A stretch of DNA of 44,203 bases from an uncultured Cellvibrionaceae bacterium. GTDB lineage: Bacteria > Pseudomonadota > Gammaproteobacteria > Pseudomonadales > Cellvibrionaceae. The position numbers were made by a program, and so were the translations under genes. Each line of letters opens with the position of its first letter. Within the stretch, counting starts at the first letter, position 1. Shown piece by piece: positions 1 through 9,611 of the stretch. The notes beneath the pieces are model-generated. The model had not been told where the DNA came from. It ran no database searches and saw only the letters and a list, made by a program, of their open reading frames with translations. The stretch covers positions 1-44,203 of the forward strand of contig CAZEUZ010000053.1 in assembly GCA_964515805.1 (NCBI GenBank), in the 5' to 3' direction.

Positions 1-780
1 GGATTTTTGAAAGCACTGTATAGCTTGTTCTGTGGTGCCGCCTGGCGAAGTGACTCGGCGGCGCAGTTCGGCGACATCAATACTGCTACTTTTGACTAGT
101 TCGGCAGCTCCCAATGCCGTCTGCAAAGTGAGTTGTTCAGCGATCGACCTCGTCAATCCCTGTTTAATACCGGCGTTAATCATTGCTTCCATCAGCAAGA
201 AAAAATAGGCCGGACCACTGCCTGAGACCGCTGTTACTGTATCGATCAGAGATTCATTCTCAACCCAAGCTGTAAAGCCTATGGCATTGAGTATAGTTTC
301 GGCTTGCGCACGTTGTTGTGCATTTACCGTTGGAGTGGCGTAGAGTCCCGTTGCTCCCGTTTGTACCAATGCCGGCGTATTGGGCATGGCGCGAATGATG
401 GCGATATCGTCTCCTAACCAATGTTGCAATTGTCTGCTGGTTATTCCGGCGGCAATGGAAATAACCAGAGGATGGTGAGCTAAGGTTGGCTTGATTCCGG
501 TAGCAACAGTTTTCATTACCTGTGGTTTAACCGCAAGTATGACGACCTCGGCCCATTGGCAGGCTTCGTTATTACTGGCGCTAACCATAGTATTAAACTG
601 CTGTTGTAATTGAGTGAGTTTATCGGAGCTGGGATCACTGATAATGATATTGTCAGCTGGATAGTTATTTTTGACTAAACCGCCAACAATACAACTGGCC
701 ATATTACCCGCGCCGATAAAAGCTAATCGAGGCAGTGCTTTTTCTGTTAAATCCTCTGTGGTATTTCGTTTTTTACTCAT
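1..780 (-). CDS. proC: pyrroline-5-carboxylate reductase (3' end cut by window edge)
   Basis: Hand translation of the minus strand from the ATG (complement of 778-780) gives MSKKRNTTEDLTEKALPRLAFIGAGNMASCIVGG...AVKPQ...RAMPNTPA...SGSGPAYFF...VTSPGGTTE, which are typical ProC motifs. The frame is open to position 1. It is absent from the ORF track because there is no in-window stop. Confidence 0.85.
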   Translation of the reverse strand, partial: MSKKRNTTEDLTEKALPRLAFIGAGNMASCIVGGLVKNNYPADNIIISDPSSDKLTQLQQQFNTMVSASNNEACQWAEVVILAVKPQVMKTVATGIKPTLAHHPLVISIAAGITSRQLQHWLGDDIAIIRAMPNTPALVQTGATGLYATPTVNAQQRAQAETILNAIGFTAWVENESLIDTVTAVSGSGPAYFFLLMEAMINAGIKQGLTRSIAEQLTLQTALGAAELVKSSSIDVAELRRRVTSPGGTTEQAIQCFQKS

Positions 781-839
781 CCACTTTTTTCCCAAATCTA
801 TTTATACAAGTTGCTATGGAGTGTTAAGTGACTAATGAT

Positions 840-1526
840 TTATTTTCTTTGCCCAAATAGAGCTGTGCCTATTCGTACAATTGTTGCCCCTGCTGCGATC
901 GCGGCTTCCAGATCGGCAGACATGCCCATAGACAAGGTATCCAGCGATGCCTGCGGCAACTGTTGCTGCAGTTTTGACAGGGCATGGGTTAGGCGTTGAA
1001 AGCTTTCTTGCTGCTCCTGTACAGTATTTCGGGGTGCAGGAATCGCCATCAGACCGCGTAAATTTAACTGCGGTAGTGATAATATTTTCTCAGCGAGGAC
1101 TGGAATTTCAGCTAAAGTGATGCCCTCTTTGTTGGACTCATTATCCAAATTGACTTGTAGACAAATGTTTAATGGCGGCTGTGATTCGGGCCGCTGTGAA
1201 CTCAGTCGTTGCGCTACTTTGATTCGGCTGACACTGTGAACCCAACTGAATCGTTCTGCAATTGCACGTGTTTTATTGGATTGTATCGGGCCGATAAAAT
1301 GCCATTCGATAGCGCAATCAGTTAATTCATCTTGTTTATCAATCGCCTCCTGTAAATAGTTTTCGCCAAAAGCAGTCTGCCCTGCTTGGTAAGCAGTCCG
1401 CAGAATTACGGCTGTTTGTTTCTTGCTCACTGCCAGCAACTGTGGTGGCCTTGTGCGATGGGCCATTGCGGTAGCTCGATCAATACGAGCAAGGACATCC
1501 ACGATATTTTGACTGATAAGTGACAT
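840..1526 (-). CDS. yggS: YggS-family pyridoxal-phosphate homeostasis protein
   Basis: 228 aa with LLAVSKKQ (PLP lysine), FGENYLQE and IGPIQSNK. It sits next to proC, as in many gammaproteobacteria. Confidence 0.9.
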   Translation of the reverse strand: MSLISQNIVDVLARIDRATAMAHRTRPPQLLAVSKKQTAVILRTAYQAGQTAFGENYLQEAIDKQDELTDCAIEWHFIGPIQSNKTRAIAERFSWVHSVSRIKVAQRLSSQRPESQPPLNICLQVNLDNESNKEGITLAEIPVLAEKILSLPQLNLRGLMAIPAPRNTVQEQQESFQRLTHALSKLQQQLPQASLDTLSMGMSADLEAAIAAGATIVRIGTALFGQRK

Positions 1527-1634
1527 AAGCTCAATTTATAAGTCTGTTGCTAAGATGGGTAAGCGCTGTTTGTTTCAAAGCGTTATCGGTTCAAAAAGAC
1601 TGGAAAAATTGCAAAATTGTGCATAGTATGCCCG

Positions 1635-1669
1635 AGTAACTAATCTGGTTACCAGACTAGTTACTTTTT
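1635..1669 (+). terminator. orphan hairpin plus T-tract (terminator-like) in the yggS/caspase spacer
   Basis: agtaactaatctggt / accagactagttact forms a 15-bp stem with one mismatch, followed by ttttt. No plus-strand gene lies upstream of it. Confidence 0.3.
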
Positions 1670-1870
1670 ACCCTAACTTAATCTAACATACTTGCGGAAT
1701 TTCTGATTAAGTCTTGTTTTTCATACTGGATCGAGTCCAGCATAGGTTTTGATCCAGTATCTGGATAAACCAATGGCTTATGCACCTCTGCTTGTGAAGG
1801 CATGACACTTTTCAGAGATTCTTGACTAAAAATTAAATCACTACAAGTTTTACAGGAAGCGGGGATCGAT

Positions 1871-2794
1871 ATGCCAAATACACAAAATATAACAAGATTT
1901 TTAGTTCTTAGTTGCAGCCTGTTCAGTATTTTACTCTGGCCGATGTTTGCCGATGCTGTAGGTCAGCGCAAAGCTTTGCTAGTAGGAATCAATGATTATG
2001 CGCGCTCCGCGATTCCCGATCTGCGTGGCGCAGTCAACGATGTGAATCGATTGGCGGAAATATTACAAAAACAGATGCATTTTCCGGAAGCAAACATTGT
2101 CAAACTTACAGATCAAGAAGCGACGCGCGATCGAATTCTCAGTGAATTATCGAAGCTTGTTAACTCCACCCAGAAAGAAGATATCCTCTACATTCATTTT
2201 TCCGGTCATGGCTCCCAAGTTGCTGATCAGAACGGTGATGAAAAAGACGGCTACGACGAGACTTTTTTGTCCTATGACGCCCGTCAGCAAGGTATACCCG
2301 ATATCGTAGACGATGAATTCGAACAATTGTTCAATAAGCTTGCCAGTGACAATGTGCTGATTGTTTTTGATTCCTGTCATTCGGGCACAGTCACGCGCTC
2401 GGTGCCGTCGGCTGATCCGGAAATAGCTGAAATTCAAGAGCAAATAAAACCTAGAGTCGTCGATCCAGACCCGCGTACAGATATTTACAGTCACGTTGCG
2501 GTCTCTTCCCGCGCTGTAGTCTCTGTAGATACATTGGGTCATGTATTAATGACTGCGGCTCCCGCAGAAATGCAAGCCCTTGATGGTCCTATCGGCGACA
2601 ACCGTGAATTTTTTGGTATTTTCTCCTTTGCTTTAGTCAAAGCCCTCGAAAAGCACGGTGATAAAGCCACACCCAAACAAGTTCATGCCTCAGTAAAACA
2701 AACTCTAAACGATATGCAAAAACGGTACCGCTTTCAGCCTCCAGAACCCCAATTGGAGATAAGCTCCGAGAAACTCAATCGTTCATTGTTTTGA
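1871..2794 (+). CDS. secreted caspase-family (peptidase C14, orthocaspase-like) protein
   Basis: 307 aa. The N-terminal hydrophobic signal (RFLVLSCSLFSILLWPMFADA) is followed by LLVGINDY, the His motif IHFSGHGSQ and the Cys motif VFDSCHSGT. There is a purine-rich stretch (aggaagcgggga) upstream of the ATG. Confidence 0.8.
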   Translation: MPNTQNITRFLVLSCSLFSILLWPMFADAVGQRKALLVGINDYARSAIPDLRGAVNDVNRLAEILQKQMHFPEANIVKLTDQEATRDRILSELSKLVNSTQKEDILYIHFSGHGSQVADQNGDEKDGYDETFLSYDARQQGIPDIVDDEFEQLFNKLASDNVLIVFDSCHSGTVTRSVPSADPEIAEIQEQIKPRVVDPDPRTDIYSHVAVSSRAVVSVDTLGHVLMTAAPAEMQALDGPIGDNREFFGIFSFALVKALEKHGDKATPKQVHASVKQTLNDMQKRYRFQPPEPQLEISSEKLNRSLF

Positions 2795-2898
2795 CATTTC
2801 TTAAAGACTGGATCAGATTTTTTTGAAATGCCCCTCATTGGGGCATCTTAATAAGCTAACCAGTGGAGTTATTCCCTTTAAACTGATAAGGCCATTTC

Positions 2899-3933
2899 AT
2901 GGATATTACTGAACTTCTCGCATTTGGCGTCAAGCAGAATGCTTCCGACTTGCATATTTCGGCTAACTTACCGCCGATGATTCGAATTGATGGCGACATT
3001 CGGCGGATCAATTTACCTTCTATGGACCACAAAGAAGTACATGCCCTTATCTATGAAATTATGAACGATAAGCAGCGCAAGGATTACGAAGAACGGTTGG
3101 AAACTGATTTTTCATTCGAAGTACCCGGTGTAGCGCGTTTTCGGGTTAATGCGTTCAATCATAATCGCGGCGCAGGTGCGGCATTTCGTACTATCCCCAG
3201 CAAGGTGCTGACCATGGAAGATTTAAATATGGGGCAGGTTTTTCGTGAAATTGTCTCAGCTCCCCGAGGCTTGATCATGGTGACTGGACCGACGGGTTCG
3301 GGGAAATCTACTAGTCTGGCTGCGATGATCGACTATATTAATGATAATAAATACGAACATGTTCTAACTATCGAAGATCCGATTGAATTTGTTCACGAAA
3401 GCAAAAAATGTTTGGTCAACCAGCGTGAAGTGCACCGCGATACCCATAGCTTTTCAGAGGCTCTACGGTCTGCGTTGCGCGAAGATCCAGATATTATCCT
3501 CGTTGGTGAGATGCGTGATTTGGAGACTATTCGTCTGGCGTTGACTGCTGCCGAAACGGGTCATTTAGTCTTTGCTACACTACACACTACATCGGCCGCT
3601 AAGACAATTGATCGGGTGGTGGATGTTTTTCCCGCCGATGAGAAATCGATGGTACGATCTATGTTGTCCGAATCCTTAGAGGCCATAGTTTCGCAGACAC
3701 TAGTGAAAAAAAATGGCGGTGGTCGCGTTGCCGCCTATGAAATTATGCGTGGTACGCCAGCTATCCGCAATCTTATTCGTGAGGACAAGATTGCGCAGAT
3801 GTATTCTGCTATTCAAACGGGTGGTGCTATCGGTATGCAGACCATGGATCAGTGTCTCTCCGATTTAGTTGAACGAAGAACAATTACCCGCGAAGTTGCG
3901 CGGGAAAAAGCCAAATTACCCGAAAATTTTTAA
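2899..3933 (+). CDS. pilT: type IV pilus retraction ATPase PilT
   Basis: 344 aa with Walker A GPTGSGKST, Walker B ILVGEMRD, His box TGHLVFATLHT and the AIRNLIRE motif. Confidence 0.95.
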   Translation: MDITELLAFGVKQNASDLHISANLPPMIRIDGDIRRINLPSMDHKEVHALIYEIMNDKQRKDYEERLETDFSFEVPGVARFRVNAFNHNRGAGAAFRTIPSKVLTMEDLNMGQVFREIVSAPRGLIMVTGPTGSGKSTSLAAMIDYINDNKYEHVLTIEDPIEFVHESKKCLVNQREVHRDTHSFSEALRSALREDPDIILVGEMRDLETIRLALTAAETGHLVFATLHTTSAAKTIDRVVDVFPADEKSMVRSMLSESLEAIVSQTLVKKNGGGRVAAYEIMRGTPAIRNLIREDKIAQMYSAIQTGGAIGMQTMDQCLSDLVERRTITREVAREKAKLPENF

Positions 3934-4019
3934 GCTTTACCAGAAATAATATAGGTAAATAAGTAAGGATAAAATGGCTGAGGAAACGGAATGACTGGCA
4001 GCGTTAGTGGAGACAGGCA

Positions 4020-5168
4020 GTGAAGTTTGAGCATTATTTAAAAACCATGGTCGATAAGGGAGGGTCAGATCTTTTCTTAACTGTGGGCATACCTCCATCC
4101 ATCAAGCAACATGGCAAAGTCACGCCCATTGACGAAACTCCTCTCAGTGCTGAAAAGGTGCGCGAACTCGTATCGAGTGTGATGAATGAAAAGCAGCGAA
4201 AAGAGTTTATTGAAACCAAGGAAATGAATTTCGCCATCAGTGCCCGTGGGCTTGGCCGCTTTCGCTGTAGCGCTTTCTATCAGCGTAATTTGGCTGGCAT
4301 GGTGCTGCGCTTAATAGAAACTCACATTCCTCAAATGGAAGACCTCGGCCTGCCGGAAATTATCAAAAACTTGGCGATGACCAAACGTGGTTTGGTGATT
4401 TTCGTTGGCGCGACCGGTACCGGTAAATCCACGTCGTTGGCTTCAATGATCGGCTATCGTAATTCTCACAGTAAGGGTCATATTATTACCATTGAAGACC
4501 CGATTGAATATATTCATCAACACCGGGGATGCATTATCACTCAACGGGAAGTCGGTATAGACACGGAGTCTTTTGAAATGGCGCTAAAAAATACGTTGCG
4601 TCAGGCGCCTGACGTTATCATGATCGGCGAAGTGCGTACGCGCGAGACCATGGAGCATGCGATTACCTTTGCTGAAACCGGCCATTTGTGCCTATGTACC
4701 TTACATGCTAATAACGCTAACCAAGCGCTGGATCGTATCATTAATTTCTTCCCTACCGAGCGTCATCAGCAAGCCTGGATGGATTTATCGTTGAACATTC
4801 GAGGTATCGTTGCACAACAGTTAATTCCCAGGGCGGATGGCAAGGGGCGGAGTGCTTGTTTGGAGGTTATGCTGAATACCCCACTTGCAACCGATTTGAT
4901 CCGCAAAGGTGAAGTGCACGAACTTAAAGAACTGATGAAAAAATCGACGGAAGTCGGCATGCAAACGTTTGATCAAGCGCTCTACCAACTTTACAGCAGT
5001 GGTGACATTACCTACGAAGATGCACTTGCCCATGCAGACTCTGCCAATGATTTGAGATTGCTCATTAAGTTGGCCTCGGGTAAAGATGCACAGTCTCCCA
5101 ACGATGCCGCAACTGGGCTGAGTATCCAAGAAAAAGACGATAATTCGTCCACTTACTTCAAGCGGTAG
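4020..5168 (+). CDS. pilU: PilT-family ATPase PilU
   Basis: 382 aa with a GTG start, GATGTGKST, IMIGEVRT and TGHLCLCTLHA. It lies immediately downstream of pilT. Confidence 0.9.
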   Translation: MKFEHYLKTMVDKGGSDLFLTVGIPPSIKQHGKVTPIDETPLSAEKVRELVSSVMNEKQRKEFIETKEMNFAISARGLGRFRCSAFYQRNLAGMVLRLIETHIPQMEDLGLPEIIKNLAMTKRGLVIFVGATGTGKSTSLASMIGYRNSHSKGHIITIEDPIEYIHQHRGCIITQREVGIDTESFEMALKNTLRQAPDVIMIGEVRTRETMEHAITFAETGHLCLCTLHANNANQALDRIINFFPTERHQQAWMDLSLNIRGIVAQQLIPRADGKGRSACLEVMLNTPLATDLIRKGEVHELKELMKKSTEVGMQTFDQALYQLYSSGDITYEDALAHADSANDLRLLIKLASGKDAQSPNDAATGLSIQEKDDNSSTYFKR

Positions 5169-5210
5169 CCTGTTTTGAAAGCCAATACCCTCCGGGGAGA
5201 GATCTTGAGT

Positions 5211-5711
5211 TTAAGCCGATTTATCGGCTTGCAGCGAATCTAATGTTTCTTTTTCATCCGATACCCTGACTTCTTCTGTTTTTTCTATCGGGTTTGTCTC
5301 GTCCTTGTCTGTTTTATCGACGGTGAGTAGTTTGCCGCTTTTTTTAACGCCGGCAAAAACCAGTTTGCCGTTGACTTGGGCACCTTTTATTATTTCCAGC
5401 GAAGTGTAATTGACATTTCCATTGACCACAGCCTTTGAAGCCAGTTCAACGTGTTTATCGGCGAAGACATCGCCATTGACTGTACCGTTGATGATCAATA
5501 CCGGTACTTTTAATTCGCCTTCCACGATGCCTTTTTCCAGCACTCTCACTTGCGCATCAACTTCTTCAGAAGCGTATACATTGCCAGTAATTTTGCCTTC
5601 GATAATTAAATTACCGCTAAATTTGAGTTCGCCAAAAATCTCCGTATTTCTTGCAACCAATGTTGTCGAACCTTGCGAAAATGAGGCCTTTGTCTCTTTC
5701 TTACTAAACAT
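5211..5711 (-). CDS. bactofilin-family polymer-forming cytoskeletal protein
   Basis: 166 aa with a repetitive beta-helix-like core (GNLIIEGKITGNVYA...IINGTVNGDVFA...VVNGNVNY...VNGKLVF) and a charged C-terminal tail. Confidence 0.8.
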   Translation of the reverse strand: MFSKKETKASFSQGSTTLVARNTEIFGELKFSGNLIIEGKITGNVYASEEVDAQVRVLEKGIVEGELKVPVLIINGTVNGDVFADKHVELASKAVVNGNVNYTSLEIIKGAQVNGKLVFAGVKKSGKLLTVDKTDKDETNPIEKTEEVRVSDEKETLDSLQADKSA

Positions 5712-5716
5712 AACGG

Positions 5717-6481
5717 TTATGTCTCCTGTACCAACCAGCTAAACTTTTTTTCTACTACGGTGCTGCTTTTTCCGGTAGACACCGCTTTTATTTCGATGTA
5801 TTCCGGCTCAAACTCTTTAGGCAATTCCAGCTCGCCTTCAAAACGTTGGAAGTACTTAAACCGTAATGGCATACGGACGACTGATACTTCTTTCGAGATA
5901 TCTCTCAAAGGGATCGTCTGTTTTTCCAAATTGGTATCGCCAAAAAACGAAGGCAGTTGACGTCCGATAATAGTGAATTCCAGGTAGCCTTTTAGCAGCT
6001 GATGTTGTGTGGCCAGTTGTTGCATGACCAATTTGTATTGATAATGCCTGGGCGTACTTTTTTTTATTATATCCAATGATCCTATGGTTAAACCGCTGTT
6101 TCCTGCTGTAGGTTTCATTAAGCCGCGGTAGAAGGCTGTTTCTTGTTCAAGTTCGGCCACGCGTGCCTTTAAAGTCACCATTTCTGCTCGTATGCCTTCC
6201 CCTGCTTGGCGGTCGACTTCTGAACCCAATTTCAAATTGGTAACTTGTTGTTCTAATTCTTCTACTTCTAGCGTTTTTTCTTGATAAAGATGCTTTAACT
6301 CCTGATTTTCTGTTTCCAGTCCGTCACTTGACCTTATGCCTTTATCATGGCCGAGGTAACCACTAGCCAAAACAGCGACAACGAACAGCGTTAAGGCGAT
6401 AGCTTTGCGAAAGAAGTTATAGAAAGGCCTGTGAGGAACGACTTTCATTCGGTATTGTTGACTGCCTTTTACTTTACTCAT
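5717..6481 (-). CDS. membrane-anchored coiled-coil protein (as I recall, DUF6776-like)
   Basis: 254 aa with one N-terminal TM helix (AIALTLFVVAVLASGYL) followed by a heptad-rich segment (ENQELKHLYQEKTLEVEELEQQV...LKARVAELEQE). Its stop lies 5 nt before the bactofilin start. Confidence 0.6.
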   Translation of the reverse strand: MSKVKGSQQYRMKVVPHRPFYNFFRKAIALTLFVVAVLASGYLGHDKGIRSSDGLETENQELKHLYQEKTLEVEELEQQVTNLKLGSEVDRQAGEGIRAEMVTLKARVAELEQETAFYRGLMKPTAGNSGLTIGSLDIIKKSTPRHYQYKLVMQQLATQHQLLKGYLEFTIIGRQLPSFFGDTNLEKQTIPLRDISKEVSVVRMPLRFKYFQRFEGELELPKEFEPEYIEIKAVSTGKSSTVVEKKFSWLVQET

Positions 6482-6538
6482 CAGAAATACTCATCAAAAA
6501 TCTGTTATAGCCTAACGAACTTCACTGTTGGCAATTAT

Positions 6539-7576
6539 TTATGGGAGCAGGCCTGGCGATTCCAGACCCATGCGTTCATCAAATTCGTACATGATATTCA
6601 TATTTTGAATGGCTTGACCAGCGGCGCCCTTGGTTAAATTATCAATCACGGTCAATATAATGAAGCGATTTTCCTTGTATTTAAAAACAGATAATCGGCA
6701 TGTGTTCGACGATTTTACTGATCGTGTTTGCGGATGTGAACCGGCAGGCATGACATCGACAAAAGGCTCATCGCGATAACGCTTTTCATAAAGCGCTTGC
6801 AAATCTATAGAGCTATCGACCAATTGTCCATAAATAGTTCCATGAATCCCACGAATAATAGGCAGCAGGTGTGGTACAAATGTGATGGCTGCGGCTTTTG
6901 CTGATTGTGGCTGTATGCTGTGCAGCCCCTGCTCTATTTCAGGCTTGTGTCGGTGACCATTTACTGCATAGGCTTTAAAACTATCACCGATCTCTGTGAG
7001 CAAATTATCCGCATTCGCCTGTTTGCCTGCACCACTGGCGCCACTGGCCATGTTCGCGATAATCTCTTCCGGAGCTACTAAGTTTTTTTCAATTAGAGGC
7101 AGTAACCCTAGTTGTACAGCTGTTGGATAGCAACCAGGGCAGGCGATCAATTTAGCTGAAGCAATTGCTTCGCGGTTGACTTCTGGCAGACCGTAGATAG
7201 CGCTACTAAGCAGCTCTGGAGCGACATGTTCCTGTTCATACCATTGCGACCATAGAATGGCATCGTTGAGGCGAAAATCTGCCGATAAATCAATGATACG
7301 TACTTCTTTAGAGAGCAGCGCGGGCACTAGCCTTTGCGCTACCCCGTGAGGCGTGGCAAAAAAAACCAGATCACACATTGCCAATGTTGTTATTTCAGGT
7401 TCGCTAAAAGTCACATCCACATGACCGCGAAGGTTTTGATAGACGTCTGAGACATTGACACCCGCATCTGAACGGGAGGTAACCACCTTGATGTTTACTT
7501 CAGGATGATTAACCAGCAATCTCAGCAGCTCAACTCCCGTGTACCCTGTGCCGCCCACTATACCGACATCAATCAT
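6539..7576 (-). CDS. argC: N-acetyl-gamma-glutamyl-phosphate reductase
   Basis: 345 aa with [14 protein letters not shown] (NADP binding) and the catalytic-Cys motif ACPGCYPTA. Confidence 0.95.
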   Translation of the reverse strand: MIDVGIVGGTGYTGVELLRLLVNHPEVNIKVVTSRSDAGVNVSDVYQNLRGHVDVTFSEPEITTLAMCDLVFFATPHGVAQRLVPALLSKEVRIIDLSADFRLNDAILWSQWYEQEHVAPELLSSAIYGLPEVNREAIASAKLIACPGCYPTAVQLGLLPLIEKNLVAPEEIIANMASGASGAGKQANADNLLTEIGDSFKAYAVNGHRHKPEIEQGLHSIQPQSAKAAAITFVPHLLPIIRGIHGTIYGQLVDSSIDLQALYEKRYRDEPFVDVMPAGSHPQTRSVKSSNTCRLSVFKYKENRFIILTVIDNLTKGAAGQAIQNMNIMYEFDERMGLESPGLLP

Positions 7577-7680
7577 TTCAATTTCTCAAACTAGTCCGAT
7601 AATTGGCCGTGTATGATAAAAGTAATATTCGCTACTTGCCAGCACTAGATCAACCGCGTGAAAAAACTTGTCCACACGCC

Positions 7681-8841
7681 TTAAGTTGAAAAGCCTAAGA
7701 AAAATAGACGTATCGTATCGATTAGCCAGCCGAAAAAGCCTGCTTCATCCACGGTTTCCAGGGCTGATAAGGTTATATTCAGTAACTGATCACTATCGAG
7801 TTCAACCGTCACGTTACCCAGTTCTTGACCTTGATTTACAGGCGCCTCCACTATTTTATTGACATTGATAGTGGCGACTAAGCTGTCTTCCGATCCACGC
7901 GGTATAGTTAAGTACACATCTTCAGAGGGGCCGAGTGACAGTGTTTTCGTCTGTCCTTTCCAAATACGCGTTTGGTTGATGATTTCATGTTTACTGTATA
8001 ACTTGTGGGTTTTGTAATAACGGAAACCATAAGTTAATAGCTTCTGAGATTCGGCAGCTCGGCTGGATTCCGATGATGTACCCATAACTACGCTGATCAG
8101 CCGCATGTTATCCCGCTTGGCGGAGGCTACCAGGCAATAGCCCGCTTCATCAGTATGACCGGTTTTAATACCGTCGACCGTATCGTCTCTGAACAATAAT
8201 TTATTTCGATTGGTTTGATTAATACCATTATAGGAAAAATATTTTTCTGAATAGATTTTGTAATGTTCAGGGTAGTCCTGAATCAGGGCACGCGCCAGTA
8301 TCGATAAATCTCTGGCGCTAGTATAGTGTTCTGAGTCAGGCCAACCGGTAACATTTTGAAATTTGGTATTCGTCATACCCAATAGTGCTGCCTGTTTATT
8401 CATGATATCGACAAAGGCTTCCTCACTCCCGGCAACATGCTCTGCCAAAGCGACACTAGCATCATTGCCAGATTGAACGATCACTCCTCGCATTAAGTCA
8501 CGCACACTCACCCGAGTGCCTTCCCGGATAAACATTCTGGAACCACCCATTTTCCAAGCTTTGATGCTGATATTGACCAGATCAGTTTCGTTGATCTGAC
8601 CCTGTTCAATGGCTGATGCAACCATGTAAATAGTCATCATTTTGGTTAAGCTGGCAGGCGGCAGCTTAATATCAGCGTTTTTCTCTGCAAGTACTGTTCC
8701 CGTATGTGCATCAGTTAGCAAATGGGCTTTGGCGGCTAATTGTGGAGGGGCGGGAATAATGACTTGTGCGTGGCAATTAAAAATAAAGGTAAGGACCGTA
8801 ATGACGGCAAAGTACAATGACGAACGAGGTTTGAGAAACAC
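7681..8841 (-). CDS. D-alanyl-D-alanine carboxypeptidase (PBP5/6 family)
   Basis: 386 aa with a signal peptide, SLTKMMT (SxxK), SGN and KTGHT motifs. Confidence 0.9.
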   Translation of the reverse strand: MFLKPRSSLYFAVITVLTFIFNCHAQVIIPAPPQLAAKAHLLTDAHTGTVLAEKNADIKLPPASLTKMMTIYMVASAIEQGQINETDLVNISIKAWKMGGSRMFIREGTRVSVRDLMRGVIVQSGNDASVALAEHVAGSEEAFVDIMNKQAALLGMTNTKFQNVTGWPDSEHYTSARDLSILARALIQDYPEHYKIYSEKYFSYNGINQTNRNKLLFRDDTVDGIKTGHTDEAGYCLVASAKRDNMRLISVVMGTSSESSRAAESQKLLTYGFRYYKTHKLYSKHEIINQTRIWKGQTKTLSLGPSEDVYLTIPRGSEDSLVATINVNKIVEAPVNQGQELGNVTVELDSDQLLNITLSALETVDEAGFFGWLIDTIRLFFLGFST

Positions 8842-8950
8842 GATGGGGACAACCTGAAAGTAATATAAAAAACTAATTAGTGGATAAATCGAAGTGCTGA
8901 TTTTAACTATCTCGGTAACAGATAGCTATGGGTTTTATTCGGTTGGAAAA

Positions 8951-9553
8951 TTATTTTAGCCGGCGTTGGTGTCGTTCTAGATTATCCTGCCGTTTGGGAT
9001 CACTTTTCTTCAACATGATATACGTTGCGCCTAAACCGCCTTGGTGCTGTTGTGCACTGTGAAATGCTAAAATTTCTTCTAGCTGTGGTAACCAGTAGGC
9101 AATACAGCTTTTCAATACAGCAGGTTGCTGTCTGCCTTCGCCTTTGCCGTGGTTAATTAACGCGCAACGAATATGTTGCGACAAGCAATAGCGCACAAAT
9201 CGAATAACCGCCATTCTTGCCTGTTCGACGGTCATGCGATGTAAATCCAGATAGGCTTCAACTGTGTACTTGCCCAAACGCAGTTTTTTAAAAACACCAT
9301 GTTGTATGCCAGGACGCTTAAAACTCAACAGGTCCAGAGGGTCAACTGGCTCGATGGTACGCAAGTCACCCGCTAGTACAGAAATTTTTGTATCATTGTC
9401 CGGTGAACTATGGTTTGATGATGAAAAAGACTGAGCAGCCTGACGTCGTGCCGCAACGGTTTTGGCATCCGGCGTTTGCTTTTTACATTCGGCATATTCC
9501 GTTTTCTGCAGCGGTTGCACACCGCTCATTGCGTCGAGGAATTCATCTGACAT
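8951..9553 (-). CDS. Smr-domain protein (SmrA/SmrB-like endonuclease)
   Basis: 200 aa. The C-terminal part (LDLHRMTVEQA...LINHGKGEG...LKSCIAYWL) resembles the Smr domain. Confidence 0.75.
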   Translation of the reverse strand: MSDEFLDAMSGVQPLQKTEYAECKKQTPDAKTVAARRQAAQSFSSSNHSSPDNDTKISVLAGDLRTIEPVDPLDLLSFKRPGIQHGVFKKLRLGKYTVEAYLDLHRMTVEQARMAVIRFVRYCLSQHIRCALINHGKGEGRQQPAVLKSCIAYWLPQLEEILAFHSAQQHQGGLGATYIMLKKSDPKRQDNLERHQRRLK

Positions 9554-9611
9554 GTCGGTGCTTAACCATTCAATCGTTCGAATTAAACAGGCAATTAATA
9601 ACCGTACATAC

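Noticed and set aside
1555-1626. A 23-codon ORF (MGKRCLFQSVIGSKRLEKLQNCA) ending just before the orphan hairpin at 1635-1669.
   Set aside because: There is no SD and no recognisable family, and an ORF of this length is expected by chance. It is mentioned only because a terminator-like hairpin follows it.
1871-2794. The caspase gene as part of a defence or abortive-infection system.
   Set aside because: There is no adjacent partner (no NTPase, sensor, CHAT, TPR, gasdermin-like or effector gene). The flanks are yggS and pilT. The signal peptide argues for an extracytoplasmic role.
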